Shown: piece after piece, positions 1-11,944 of the stretch
How positions within the stretch are numbered: the first letter of the stretch is position 1
Layout: the number at the start of each line of letters is the position of its first letter
Translations under genes and position numbers: made by a program
Notes under the pieces: model-generated
Databases searched by the model: none
What the model saw: only the letters and a program-made list of their open reading frames with translations
Told to the model about the DNA's origin: nothing
NCBI GenBank assembly: GCA_013115145.1
Contig: JAAPAO010000110.1
Coordinates: 1 to 64,000, forward strand
Length of the DNA stretch: 64,000 nucleotides
From: Perkinsus chesapeaki ATCC PRA-425
Taxonomy: Eukaryota > Protista > Perkinsozoa
Reading direction: 5' to 3'

Positions 1-427
1 TAGCCTAGCGGTTTCTTCTACACAAAAAGATATCTTGGCGAGCGAGAACGGCGGTGAGCCTTCGCACGCCACATGCGAAAATATTCGCGACGCCGAAAAT
101 TGAATGCGCGTGTAATTATAATCGATTCCCTAAGAATCGAACCTGTGCCTACTGGATGAAAGTCTACTTCCCTAACCTACTGATCTACAGCATTTAGCAT
201 TTGGCAAATGTGATATCCGCGTCGCCCGCTACCTTCATTCGAGCACTGAATCAGCAACTCACATGTGATAGTTCCGCTAGCCCGTCGATCACCCTTTGAC
301 AAAACGAGCTCTACAACCCATCATTCTTCACGCAGCTAAAGCACCGGCTTTGATTTAGAAAACGGATTTATCGATCGAGCCGTGTGTTTTGAACATGAAA
401 GCCGCCACGCTTCGTTTAACAGTTTAC

Positions 428-3400
428 ATGTCTTTCGTGGATGATAATGCGGCAACCTATGAGAGTCTCGTGTCCGGTAACTCTGTTTTATTTTCGATTG
501 GACTATTGATTGCCTTTATTTCGGGGTACTCTTAGTCAACCTCAACAGAATCTTGTTAGGTGCTACCTCAGATACCTTGTGAACACCGGGAAGGTTAGAC
601 ATATATCAGAATCGACAGCGAGTGTTATAATTGGCTTTACGATCGGCATAGTAAGGATCACCGTCCCCTCCAGAGAGTCCCGAATATATACTAGAAGTCT
701 TTGTAAAATTTTGGAGTGCATCGCGGTGGCGAACTAACGCGATTCAAAAGCAATGTCGACCAAGCGAATCATGGATGGCTTTATCATCAAAAAATAACAC
801 ATGCTCCTCCTTCAGATAATGAGATTACTAGGGACAGGTGACCGGCAGGCGATGCTAAGCATTAGCGCTGAGCTGTTCTATTTTGTAAGCTGATATCTCC
901 TATGGAGCATTACCAGCTCGTACAGGCACTTTTACCACCTATAATATTCGAGGCTAGTTTCTCTCTTAACATGGAAATGTTCATGAATAATCTAACTTCT
1001 ATTCTAACATTTGCGTTCATCGGTAATAACAAGTACCGAACAGGACATACCAACCCAGTCACACAGGCACAACTATATCAGCCTACGTTACCTCTACTTT
1101 ACTATGGACCTTCTCAACGACCTGGCTAATAGGGCTCAAAAACACCGAAAGTCTGCAGGGCTACTGTATGGCATTCGGCGCCTCAATTTCAAGTACCGCC
1201 CAGCTGCACTCGGGCATTATCGTGTACCCCCAGGCACGGACCCAGTCGCAGTGTTGGCTCTCATGGGAGGCACGAAGTATCGTCCTAATAGGACTTTGCA
1301 TTCCCTAGTATTCGGTGAAAGCGTGCTTAATGACGCAGTGGCTATCGTGCTGTTTGTCAGCCATCAACGTGAGACCGCCTATTTGCCTATTTATGCATTC
1401 ATCTCTTTGTCCATCAGAAGCGTATTTTAGCGGCGCCGCTGACGGAGGAAAGTCGATGAATCCGCTCTTTCACTTCTTAATAGGTAAATATCGAAAGGTC
1501 CCCGGATCCATCCCTGGCTAGAACATTAATATTATCTTCGATCTAGTATGGTTGATATATATACCTATATTAATAAGTTGTACTGGATAGCCTCATCATC
1601 ATAATGTGATTCAGAATGATAATCATAACTTTTAAAACATCGATTGTTTCAACACACCCACCGCACACATGACTTATTTTCCGGGAAAATAAGTTCCAGT
1701 TAAGTTCCAGTTAAGTTTACTTATTTTCCATGAAGGAAAAATTTTCCCCGTCCCGTTAATCCATCGCCTCCTATCTCGCCTACTTGCCCCCAACTCTCAA
1801 CCTTTCAGTTACTCTTGGGTCGATAATATTCGGCGTAATGAGCGGTGCGTTGGTCAGTGCTACATACCGCAAATCGTAAGATTCATGAACTCTTATTGAT
1901 GACTATATTTCCCACAGGTCAGTATGGAAGTTCCCAAAATATGAAATAGGTGGCATGTTCCTCTCCATCTACATCACTTTCTCTCTATCAGAGCTACTCG
2001 GTCTCAGTGGCATTATGGCGATATTCTTCTTCGGATTGGTGAGTCCTACCATATTAGCGTTCGTTACTACTTTATTCCCCTACAGCTGTTGGTTAGAACA
2101 TTTTGACTGAACTCCCGGTAGCGTTTTCAAGTGTAGTCGATTTAGGCTTTAACGCCGACGGATTGCATGCAGCACCGCCTCGTCCCATATCAGATGCTCG
2201 CTCGGTACAATCTACACAACTTATCTCAACCCTCTCAAGTAGCCTCCAAGCTGGTGTTTAAGACCCTTGCATTCTTCTCTGAGAGTCTGGTAACATCTCC
2301 TGCTGTTGATATGCCTTTGAATGAACCCTTCTTAGGTGTTCCTCTATTTGGGTATTGTTGCGTGTATGTCCATTGGTGAGTATCGATGGAACGTTGGATT
2401 GATAGTATTCACTCTTGCATTGATAGTAAGTTTCTCGTTTGATAATAGTATCCTACATCCTGCTTAACATCATCATTCAGAAGGCTCTAGTAGGGTTATA
2501 CTATTACCAATGTATTGCTACTACTTAGTAGTATTATTAACCGCCAGAGGATAGGCAAAGTCTGCCGGCCTTCGTCACGCAATACTCAGTTTCCTTTCCT
2601 GGAAAAGAATGGTATTTCGAAATATCATATCATGGTTTGGTGAGCTGTAGTAGTACTAAAAGCTCTCTCGCCCCGAAGACCATACCATACTTCCGATAGA
2701 TCCACATCGCAGTAGCGTCATATTAATTAGGTATTCGCCAGAGCTTGTAATGTATACCCGTTGTCATGGTTATTAAACCATTTAACCCGGTACCAGCCCA
2801 TCACCATTAACACCCAGATCGTAAGTATCGTTCACCATAGTCCTCACTTACCATCTTCAATAGGTTCTTTGGTTGGCTGGTATACGTGGGGCGATAGCAT
2901 TCGTATTGATGTTGAGAATGCCAACACGACTTGGTGATGAAACCCGAGATGTGTTGGTCACGACAACGATATCGGTAAACTCTTTTCTTCCTCATCATCT
3001 AGTTGCCAGCCGGCCAATCCGCTCGTTATATTGTTTAACACTCTTCACTGACCATGCAGTCATCTGGTATCCGGCAAAATTCCGGAGGAGATGGGATATA
3101 AAATGTTTTCCTATTCCCGAAAGTTTATGGCTCCGAATTCACATTTGCCCTCGTCCCATCCAAGATGGTATTTGCGTTCAGATAATTGTTGTGACAACCC
3201 TCCTAGGTGGCCCACTCGTTGAGCATATAGCAGTTACACTTGGAGAGCTACGCCCAACACAGCCATCAGAAGACCGACTAAAGCAGAATCTGCATTCGGA
3301 TATGGTACGACAGTGACCTCAAGCATTAGACCATTACCAGCTTCAGGCGAGTGGCATTGGTCGAGCAGGATATTTGCCAACTGAGCTCAGTGAGAGGCTC

Positions 3401-3631
3401 AACGATGCCCTCGAATACGTTGATAGAAAATACATACAACAATACTTAGGCGGACCGCCACCACCACAGCACGGTGAGAATACAAGTCATCTCGCTGGTA
3501 TCATGTCGGGTGTTGGATCAGAGCCAACAGAGCGGTTGATTGAGGAGCCTTTGGATATCGGTATTGATACCTATTATCGAGATAATGATGCCAAACGATT
3601 GATGATTGCTCGATCAGTTGTCTTTGAGTAA
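428..3631 (+). CDS. Na+/H+ exchanger (CPA1/NHE family), multi-exon
   Basis: Spliced exons give NHE signatures HISESTASVIIG, LLPPIIFEASFSL, TDPVAVLALMG and SLVFGESVLNDAVAIVLF. ATG at 428, many short GT-AG introns, last exon stop at 3631. Confidence 0.9.
1491..1525 (+). pseudogene. tRNA 3'-half fragment (Val-like) at the 5' end of NHE intron 1484-1808
   Basis: tcgaa-aggtc-cccgg-atccatc-cctgg-ctagaac-a has exact 5/7/5/7/1 T-arm, acceptor and discriminator spacing; the T-loop has 2 substitutions. Intron supported by in-frame join FLI|VTLGSIIFG. Confidence 0.6.
1672..1753. repeat. Intronic palindrome/direct-repeat cluster
   Basis: acttattttcc-g-ggaaaataagt (11-bp arms, 1-nt spacer, 1672-1694), tandem taagttccag copies, a second acttattttcc, and ggaaaa-a-ttttcc. 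Confidence 0.7.
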
Positions 3632-3802
3632 TGATATTATTAATGTATGCCTTTCCAGTAATATCTATCGAGTTAGTATTCATCGGCATTCACTGGCAGC
3701 CCTAACTTGGACATCTTGGAGTGATTAATTTAATTATACCACATTTCCGTCAAATCATAGATCATTAACAACTCTACATAACAATACATGCTAATAATAC
3801 TA

Positions 3803-5870
3803 CTAAAACCGTCCAATACGTTGGCACTGTTTAATCGTTCGTGCTAAAACGTCACGTTCTTCAAATGAAAAGGAATCAAGTGGTGCTTGCAAAGACTCAT
3901 CATAGGTCTGCCTTATAATAGCGAAACCTGGATGAAGGGTCAATCCTGAGGAAGTATAATATATACATAACTTATAGTATGGAAATATCTGCCGGCCCAA
4001 AACCCTTCGACGAATCACCATGGAAAATACACACTTTAGCTCTCAGAAGTGGGAATTTGATGAAGGCTATCCTCTTATTAATGCATTCAAAAATTTTAGA
4101 GCAGTATCCACTCGAAACGCACTGTGTAGATAATAAGATACTTCACCAACCACGACGCCGAGACATCTCACCTGTAGTCCCGAATCCTCCATTCACACAA
4201 GTCGGGCAAGTAAAGCTAGTCGCATCTGGTGACACACCTGCACACTTCTGGTGATACCATTTATCACAAACGTCACAGGTGATCCAGGCATCAGTGTCGG
4301 TATAGAGGGTAGTAACGACGTTACAAATCTCACACATATCAGTATACACCTGCAACGAAAGATACGCACGAAACGGTCGAGGTCGAGGTCGAGTTCCCAC
4401 CGTGGAGAAGTGTCGGCAACACTCCACTATATAGAAGAAGCGCATCTGCAAGGTGTTTCGGATATATCCTTCAACCGGGGGTGCCAGGACAGGATTCTCG
4501 CAGGCTTGTGGCAGCAGAGGAGCGTTAGGCAGGCGGTCTGGGAACTCGAAGATGTCGGTACATCGCTGATTGTGGGTGGCCCAATATTCCTGATAAAAGG
4601 GATAAAGAGCAACAACACAATCGGTAGGGGGTAGTACCAAAGTCCGCCGGTCACCAACCCATGGTCGAGGCCTGGTCCGGTCAAGGCTCAAATTGTGGAC
4701 AAGACACTGAGCGCGAACACGCCAATCAAAGGCCGCTTCAATTATGGTGATGACTCGGTACTCTACGGAGACAGCCAAAGGCAAGCGATCAATCTTGATC
4801 AACGCCTCCTGAGGTGAGGTCCCAAGTTCGATTCGCGGCACGGGCATTTCTTACGAGTAAATCATCGATAGTAACCATCACCAACGGCTTTGTCTCAGCG
4901 CCCTCATCCTCATTGCCTTGCTGCCCCTCTGAGACTTCCGTACTGAGATGGAGCTCCCAGGGTTCGAACTCGCGCAGATCACTAGCCGATACTCGACCTG
5001 AACCAGAATCCCCGAAGCTATCTGGGAGTCGCCTACCTTCACCGCTTGGCGGACGGAGAACTCGAAGCTTCCTCAATATCGTTCTAACACTTCTCATCGT
5101 ACTTCCCACCACCTTCCTCAACTCCCCAATTTCTGGCACCTTCAACCTTAATCGTCTGCTCCATGCTAGAAGGGATATGCAATCAGGAACTGACGCAAAA
5201 TTTGACAATCGGATCTCCAGCGAGCAGCAAGCCACCTGTAGGCTTCGGACTTTGCAGCCTCGCCATCAGCGCACTTTTCTCCGCTCTGCGTTGGTCGGGC
5301 GTTAGAGTACTAAGTACCTGAACGGCAGCAATAACGTGCGCACGCGTGCAGCCATACCGACCCTCCGACGTTTTCTTATTTCCATTTCGACAGGCGGCTC
5401 CACTCTGGAGACTCTAGGAGCATCCCAGGGGGCCAAATCGAGTATTCTCATCGACAATGGTAAAGACTCCGACGGACCTTCCGTCGCCAGTAGCTCTAGA
5501 GCCTTGCTTTTCTTAGAGGGCTTCTTAGGAGGGTAATAAAGCGGTAGGGGGTAGGCATAGTCGGGCACACCGTCGATACCAGGCTGCAGCCGTCCTTGTA
5601 TCAGAGCATCACGGATCGCCAAGTCGATAACATTATCGATCGCTTGATCGATTTCAACATTTTCCTCCACACTATCGCTTGTTACCTTCAAACAGTGGTT
5701 CACCTGATAGCACACAGCGACCTTGATTTTAGAATTTCGCAAAGCGTCTCGGAAAGCAGTACCGATCCATCCGAAACACCACGCGGATATCCCCACTCAA
5801 CGCTACGAGACTCCTCCTCGAGTAGACTTGCTCCAGATTTCGACAACTGCAATCTATGCTCAATCATATG
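3803..5870 (-). CDS. PHD-finger-containing protein (C-terminal exons; probably continuous with upstream minus-strand exons)
   Basis: CEICNVV...WITCDVCDKWYHQKCAGVSPDATSFTCPTC is a C4HC3 PHD finger. Exons join in frame across GT-AG introns, e.g. DDLL|EALIK. Confidence 0.72.
4816..4846 (+). pseudogene. tRNA 3'-half fragment, antisense within 46-nt intron 4809-4854 of the PHD gene
   Basis: gaggtc-ccaag-ttcgatt-cgcgg-cacgggc-a followed by tttc. The minus-strand intron GTAAG...CTCAG is phase 0 and joins two ORFs from the supplied track in frame. Confidence 0.8.
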
Positions 5871-5899
5871 ATTATAAGAAGATAGTGATTATTCAGTTG

Positions 5900-8800
5900 G
5901 TAAGGCGATGAAACAAAGTAATTTCGAGACTGTCCCTGCCGCCCTCCAAAACCGCCCCTCAAGTTGATGCTGTCATACCGCTCCGCTAATTTTCGTCTGC
6001 CACCAGCTCACCTGCAATTCAAGCACAGTTGCCTCCTCAACAGCTCGTTCTAGTTCAGACAGCAGGTGCCCATCACACGTAAAGGCAGCATGTCTGAGCT
6101 CCTCCGGGCATTCTCCAGGACCGTCAGCGAAGCTCTCCTCGGACTAAAACAATACCAACTCCGAGCGCCATCACTCCACCCCAACCTACCCCCGGCGATT
6201 TCAACATTCGTGACGGTGCGTCGACCGAATGGCAAATCTGCCTTGCTCTCTCGAGCGTGCAGTTGGAGTCGGTCAAGGCCTCAGAGAGCTTCGTGTTATC
6301 CGATCGTGCCCGCAGCTCGCGAGACAGCCACTTGTCCGCTCCAGTATAAACAAACAGCTTCTTAGAGGCCGCCAGCAAACTCTGTAGATTCGCTTCAACT
6401 GGATCAATCGGTGCACCTAACCAGTGGATCATTGAAATGACGCGGGTTCGATCCCCGGTCGCACCATTTTCGGCAGTTCCTATCGGTGTTGTTGCTGCTG
6501 CTGTGCCACCACCGCCCGTGATCCTTCTAGTGTAGCTATCCAGTATCGTTTCCATTGACTTCTTCCAATTCTCCTTGGCATCACTAATCTGTCTCGATAA
6601 TGTCCGCCATTCCTCCGCCGATTGAATGAGCTCTCGAGATTTAGTGAACTCCTCATTCTCCATCGACGCCGCCCGTATCACTTCTTCAGCACTTTGCAAT
6701 GACAACCTCCTAATAACAAAGCCGATATAATACAATCTATGTCTAAGACATATACTACACTGCTATTCTCTTTCAGTATAGCATAATAATGTTAATATCA
6801 CTGCGGAATTGAGAGCCCACAGGGTGACCCAGAAAATGCCATTTTTTTATTTTTGTAGTAAGATGAAAATAAAACTGGTCAATTTATTGAAGTTCAGAAG
6901 CTCTCGAGATCGGATTCAGAATAGTAATAGTGACCAGCCGCACTAAAGCCGATTTCTCCCGAGTTGTGAAGTTATCGTCGAATTATAGGGCCACCTGAGG
7001 CTCTCAATCACCATACCACCGACCACCGAGTGACTTCCCACTGTAACATTATCACATCAGACGAAACATTGAATCCTAGACTGTCCCCATAAAAAGTTAT
7101 TTGATTTACGTCAATAACAGATGCCTCCAAACGCTCCATCCCCACTCACTTTTTCCTAGACCGTCGGCTCTGATAGAACGACAGCCATTGGTCAGCCTCT
7201 CCAGCAGCTTTCAGGAAGCTCTCTTCGACCGCCACCTCCACATCAAAGCTGTCCAATCGTCCCATCAATTTCCGCAACGCTCCCAACGAAAACTCCGTGG
7301 CGGTTGACTCAGAAGATCCAGCAGGAGCAGCTGCTGCCTCCTCCTTCTTAACCAAAAGCTCGCTGACCTCCTGTTGCCATCCTTGGGCTGCCTCCTCAGC
7401 GGCAATCGCACCAGAGATGAACCCGACCTAAACGAGTGCACATCACTGCAGCGTCGTCGTCGCCGAGGGATATAAAGCCTTTAAGATGTATGCTTGGAAC
7501 AGCTTACCTGCATTAGGAAATCTCTCGTAACGAAATCCTTCAGGACCGGATCTTCATCAAGTTCTCGAACGTACTGTGATACCTGTTATATACAAATACA
7601 ACCGACAGATATTGATAGAGTGCCAGAAGGACTTGATCTAATTTCTTTCTAGTGCGTCACTCCTTCGACCAGGCAGACGGGTGCCCTACGTATCGGACAC
7701 CTATACTGTTGCAGGCCCATTGTGATGGGCGGCGGCGATGGTAGATATAATTAAACCAACAACGACCTCAAGATTAACGAATACAGTCGCGTAGAAGTGT
7801 TGTGAATACCATGAATGCTTTCCTATTTCTTCAAAGTAAATAATTCAGTAATTCAGCACCCTCTCTGCGAGTCCTGTTATCTTTGCTACATCTCCTGGAC
7901 ATATACTAGCAGGCAAGTAGTCTCGCAGTAACGTCCAGAGGAGCAGCAAACGGCAAATACTCCTACACCTTACTTCGCTCATTATGGGTTTATTAGTCCC
8001 CTCAATCCTATTCTCCTTTTCATCCCAATGAAACAGCTCTCGGGCACGCCGCTGCCATTCCAGCAAGGCGTTCACTAGGGCTCTCAATGAGCTGAGGGAC
8101 CAATAAATTCTCACGCGCCCCAAAATCATCGCTTCTTACCTTTCGAATGCAGTAACACGCGATTTGGAGGCATCGACCGCTCCCAGGAGCTCCAGCAGTT
8201 GACCGAAAAGCGATGGCTCGGCCTCCTCCTCGGCCTTCCTTTTTTTAGCGTCTTCCTTCTCATCCTTCTTCTCCTCGCTAACGTTCTCCTCTCCTTTCAC
8301 ACCGTCCTGCTCTATCGCCGCCACACGGCACTTCACCATGCGTTGAACAAGCCGCAAGGTCCTCCTTTCAAGCTCGGAATTCTCGGCAATTATACCATCA
8401 ACCTTGGTGATCAGCTCTGGCTCTCGTACCAGAGAACGATCAATGCGCTCAACAACTGCACTTAGTCGCTTCCACGACGCTATTTCAATAGGAACTTTTA
8501 CTCTGAGAGAAACGTCCATGCAAGGATTCGAACCCACGACCTATGCCTGCCTACCTAAGCATGTTACTGCTCGACGACTCCAGCTGTCCAAGGGCCGCAA
8601 TGAGATCCCACTCCCCAGCCCACGTCGATCTTCGCACTATATAGGGTGGGTAGTCCTCATCCAGGGAGGCACTCGCGGACTCCTCCCTCTCCTGGACAAC
8701 GTTGCCCTGCCCATCCCTAGAATTCTTTATATTCCACCTCTCCTGGCAAGTCGGTAACGATTCTATCAATAAGGTGCACGCCTGAGGCAGTAAGGTAGAT

Positions 8801-10549
8801 ATATGGAAATGGCTCAAAGTTTGGTCACAAGTTCCACATCAAAACCAATTTGTTGAGAAAATGTCGGTATGAGCTTTCTGTAGCAAACCATCGAGGATAT
8901 CAATTATTCTATTCACTACTTTTCTACGTTTTATCAGCTACTAATTACCAAATATATTAGTAAATCTATGAAGACCTATCCAATGCTTGAGAGTCCCAAC
9001 ACATCCAGAGTAACGAAAATCCAAAGACTTCAACATGTGACAAGTTACCTTTTCAATCTCCAACAGAGCTCTATCGAACTCGCTGGCCTGCTGTGGTATC
9101 GTCTGCGCCGAGGAGATATCGACCAAACGCGGAGAGTCGGAGCCCTCCTCGGCCCTCTGGAGTATCTTCAATCTGCTTGGATAGCTCTCACTGAGCTTTC
9201 TCAATACAGAGGAGTTCATAGGCATCTGAAATAAATAAATAAAAACGCCTGTGGGAATCGAACCCGGGTCGCCTCCATGATAAACTTACATTGCTAACCT
9301 CCTTACGTACATCCCACGCCCATACTTCTTCCCTCATAGCAGTAAGCAGATCCTCCAGCGGCTCCCTTGCCCTCGTTCCCGCAATACCAGTCCGAAGGTA
9401 GTCCATAAAAAAGAAGGACAAAGCTCTCAGCCCTCCGCTCGGCCTCGGGAACTGACAAAGGCAACTTGCACCATTCAAGCGTCGGGAAGGTCTCACCGTA
9501 GCCGCCTCGCTGTCCGTCAACTCCTTCACTCTGGACTCCCATTTATCCACTTCCCCACCTATCTGACGTATCTTTTCATATAGCAAATCATCCCTCAACC
9601 TCAGCTCCCCACCGCTAGCTCTGAGCTCCAGAAATATCTTACAGCTCGGAAGATTCTCCAGATTTTCCCGAATTTCTTTATCATAAAGAGCAACTTGCCA
9701 TCGCAATTCTTCCATAAGATTCTCGACAAATGCCGGTCCGCTCGTCGATCGATTTCCCCCTGCCTTCGGGCTCACCAAAGCCGGCCCCTGCTCATCAATC
9801 GAAAGCCTGTCACACGCCACACATATCTTTCTAGTGTAACCAATCTCCCATGCCTCCATGGCGGCCTCGGCATGCCTACCCCACTGCTCTCCATCCTCAA
9901 CAGCAACTTTGACTTCACCCAGTATCTTCGACAAGTCCACCGCCTTTGCTATTCCACTTTGCCTTATCTCCTCAAGTAGCAATCGTCCCTCCACAGGAGC
10001 CCTCCTCCTTCCCTGCTCTAGCATCTCTCTACATCTCCTTTCCCATCCCATCCCCCTCCTCAATAGTGACTCCACCTTATGACATACCTCAGGCACCGAC
10101 ACCCTCGGCAGCTCACCGTGCTCTCGCCATAGCTCTCTGAGCCCGCTTGTCGTCAGAGGCCCTCCTACCTCCTCGAGGCCCTCCATGGCCGTCTTCCCCC
10201 CAAGCTGGGCTTGATCGACAGCTATCGCCCTGAGCGCTTTATCAAGCCATCCCCTACCAGCCTCCTGAGCTTTTTCAAGAACCTTCACAATCTCATTATC
10301 CGCTTCATCCCGGAAGCCCTTTGAGTCCAAGTCTTCCAAGAGGCTCTCTACGACATGCAAAGAGATATGACTCTTCTTGCCTCCCAACTTCGACCGTGCT
10401 TTCTGGGACCATTCACCACTCGTGGAGGAGGGAAAGGACTTCTCCTCTCTCCTTGGTGGATTGCCGCTTTCAGCAGCAGCAGCAGCAAGGCACCTTGACC
10501 ATGGATAACAACAAGCAACAATAGGAGAACTTTCACAATAACGACGCAC
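5900..10549 (-). CDS. Large multi-exon helical/charged protein (middle part of a putative ELM2-PHD chromatin protein)
   Basis: Chain of minus-strand ORFs (9188-10549, 8941-9225, 8551-8817, 8136-8537, 7146-7355, 6124-6735) linked by in-frame GT-AG introns, e.g. KEVSN|MPMNSS and NMLR|VKVP. No diagnostic motif recognised. Confidence 0.55.
6439..6466 (+). pseudogene. tRNA 3'-end fragment, antisense within probable 48-nt intron 6417-6464
   Basis: gac-gcggg-ttcgatc-cccgg-tcgcacc-a-tttt. Candidate minus-strand intron GTGCGACC...GGTTAG is 48 nt and in frame, so the reading frame alone does not prove splicing. Confidence 0.65.
8513..8547 (-). pseudogene. tRNA 3'-half fragment, sense within 52-nt intron 8503-8554
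   Basis: ggcat-aggtc-gtggg-ttcgaat-ccttg-catggac-g-tttct. Intron GTAGG...CTCAG is phase 2 and restores NMLRVKVP. Confidence 0.75.
9246..9279 (-). pseudogene. tRNA 3'-half fragment (Gly-like), sense within 64-nt intron 9226-9289
   Basis: catggaggcgac-ccggg-ttcgatt-cccacaggcg-ttttt, about 3 nt shorter than canonical. Intron GTAAG...TTCAG is phase 0 and joins SN|MPMN. Confidence 0.72.
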
Positions 10550-10850
10550 CCGTTCAAAGCTAAATGTTCGACGCCAAGAATACGCTTATCCCCACAATAT
10601 GCTAATTTCAAAGAAAAATTACAGAAAATCGCAGCGAGATATAGACGGAATATTTTGTAGAGTTGGCTCAAGATATCCCCTCATCACATGCATCCTAAGC
10701 AAAGCCTACTTCAATGCAACTTCCGGTATAATCTGCAAGGCCTGTCCTTCCTTAACAAGCTCCTCCATCCTTTCCTCACTCCCCTGAGCCACTCGTGCTT
10801 CAAACCTCTCAGCTGGCAGTATCAAACGATGCAATGCGACAACCTGACTA

Positions 10851-11525
10851 TTATAATATCTTGCACCTTACCATCGCACTTACCTCTGAATGAAGTCCGT
10901 CATATACTTTCTCCAAAACCCTCCCTTCATACCACAACGCTGATGCCTCCGCCAGCCCCACCCGCTTCCCTCCACTCACAATCATACCCACAACTTGCCG
11001 CCATCTCTCCAGCTCCTCAAGGCCTCTACCAACCCCTCGGACCTCTTCAACTGCCCATTGGTTCCTTCGTAAATTTCTACCATTGAGGACGTTACTAATT
11101 CTAGTGCTCTCTTCGAACCAATCCTCTCCTTGTCTCTCCTTAATCGCCATCTCGCCCCCAGTCTTCCGAGCCTCCAACGCGTCCATAACAGCATCAATGT
11201 CAGCCTGCAAGAACGGGCCCGCCGACCCTTCAATGAAAAGAGCATCGCAAAGGCCAGCGGCCAAGTCGGTCAATTCAGGCGTCCGATTCTCCTCATCAGC
11301 TCTCTTAATCTCCTTCCTATCAGCCGCCAGCTTGGCCTTCTCCCTAGGTGGTAGCACTAACGGCACCACCGCCTGGTAGTTGGCCCCAACTCTACAGGAG
11401 TTCTGTGAGCTCCTGTACTGTAGAAATCTCATATTGTGGCTACTCTGCCCAGCATGCTCTGCCGCCTCTATCGAAGTTGTTGATGATGATGAGGTGGATG
11501 ATGAGGTTGCTGTTGTGGTGGCCAT
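10851..11525 (-). CDS. ELM2-like domain exon (probable 5' end of the large minus-strand gene)
   Basis: MATTTATSSS start at 11525; CRVGANYQAVVP resembles the ELM2 motif (IRVGxxYQAxIP); the exon ends at a GTAAG donor. Confidence 0.55.
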   Translation of the reverse strand: MATTTATSSSTSSSSTTSIEAAEHAGQSSHNMRFLQYRSSQNSCRVGANYQAVVPLVLPPREKAKLAADRKEIKRADEENRTPELTDLAAGLCDALFIEGSAGPFLQADIDAVMDALEARKTGGEMAIKERQGEDWFEESTRISNVLNGRNLRRNQWAVEEVRGVGRGLEELERWRQVVGMIVSGGKRVGLAEASALWYEGRVLEKVYDGLHSEVSAMVRCKIL

Positions 11526-11944
11526 GGTAAGGGGTAACCCTATAGTGACATCAATAGAATTAACGCATCCACAAATCACTTACTACACAGTATGACCCAA
11601 AGCATTCTCTACGGTGAAGGGTAGGTCCACGAAAAGAGACCACAAGATACTAAAGCCGCCCCGTTGCATCGACTACTCAACTTTATAATGTTAACTCCGC
11701 CAGTTTCATTAATGACGCTACGATTAATACTATTTTCCTAGTAGCGAAATGAAATGGTATGGAACCCATACCGACTTCTCAAATAAAATACATTTTCAAC
11801 TGACGTGGACCCTAAAAAAACTATGCAGTCCAACATTTCCGTTACCCATAAACCTTCAGCCATACGAATAGGCTGAGTACCCCCCCCAAGGGTGCTAGTA
11901 AACCCAAGTGATAGTACAGCCACTAACACAATCCCTATCAGAGA

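Noticed and set aside
116-152. Minus-strand GTAGGCACAGGTTCGATTCTTAGGGAATCGA, B-box-like after a donor-like GTAGG
   Set aside because: Only 3 of 5 stem pairs form and no host gene could be established; a possible eroded member, not counted.
4950-4980. cagggttcgaactcgcg B-box-like word
   Set aside because: Lies in an open reading frame (REFEPW) and no convincing frame-preserving intron was found.
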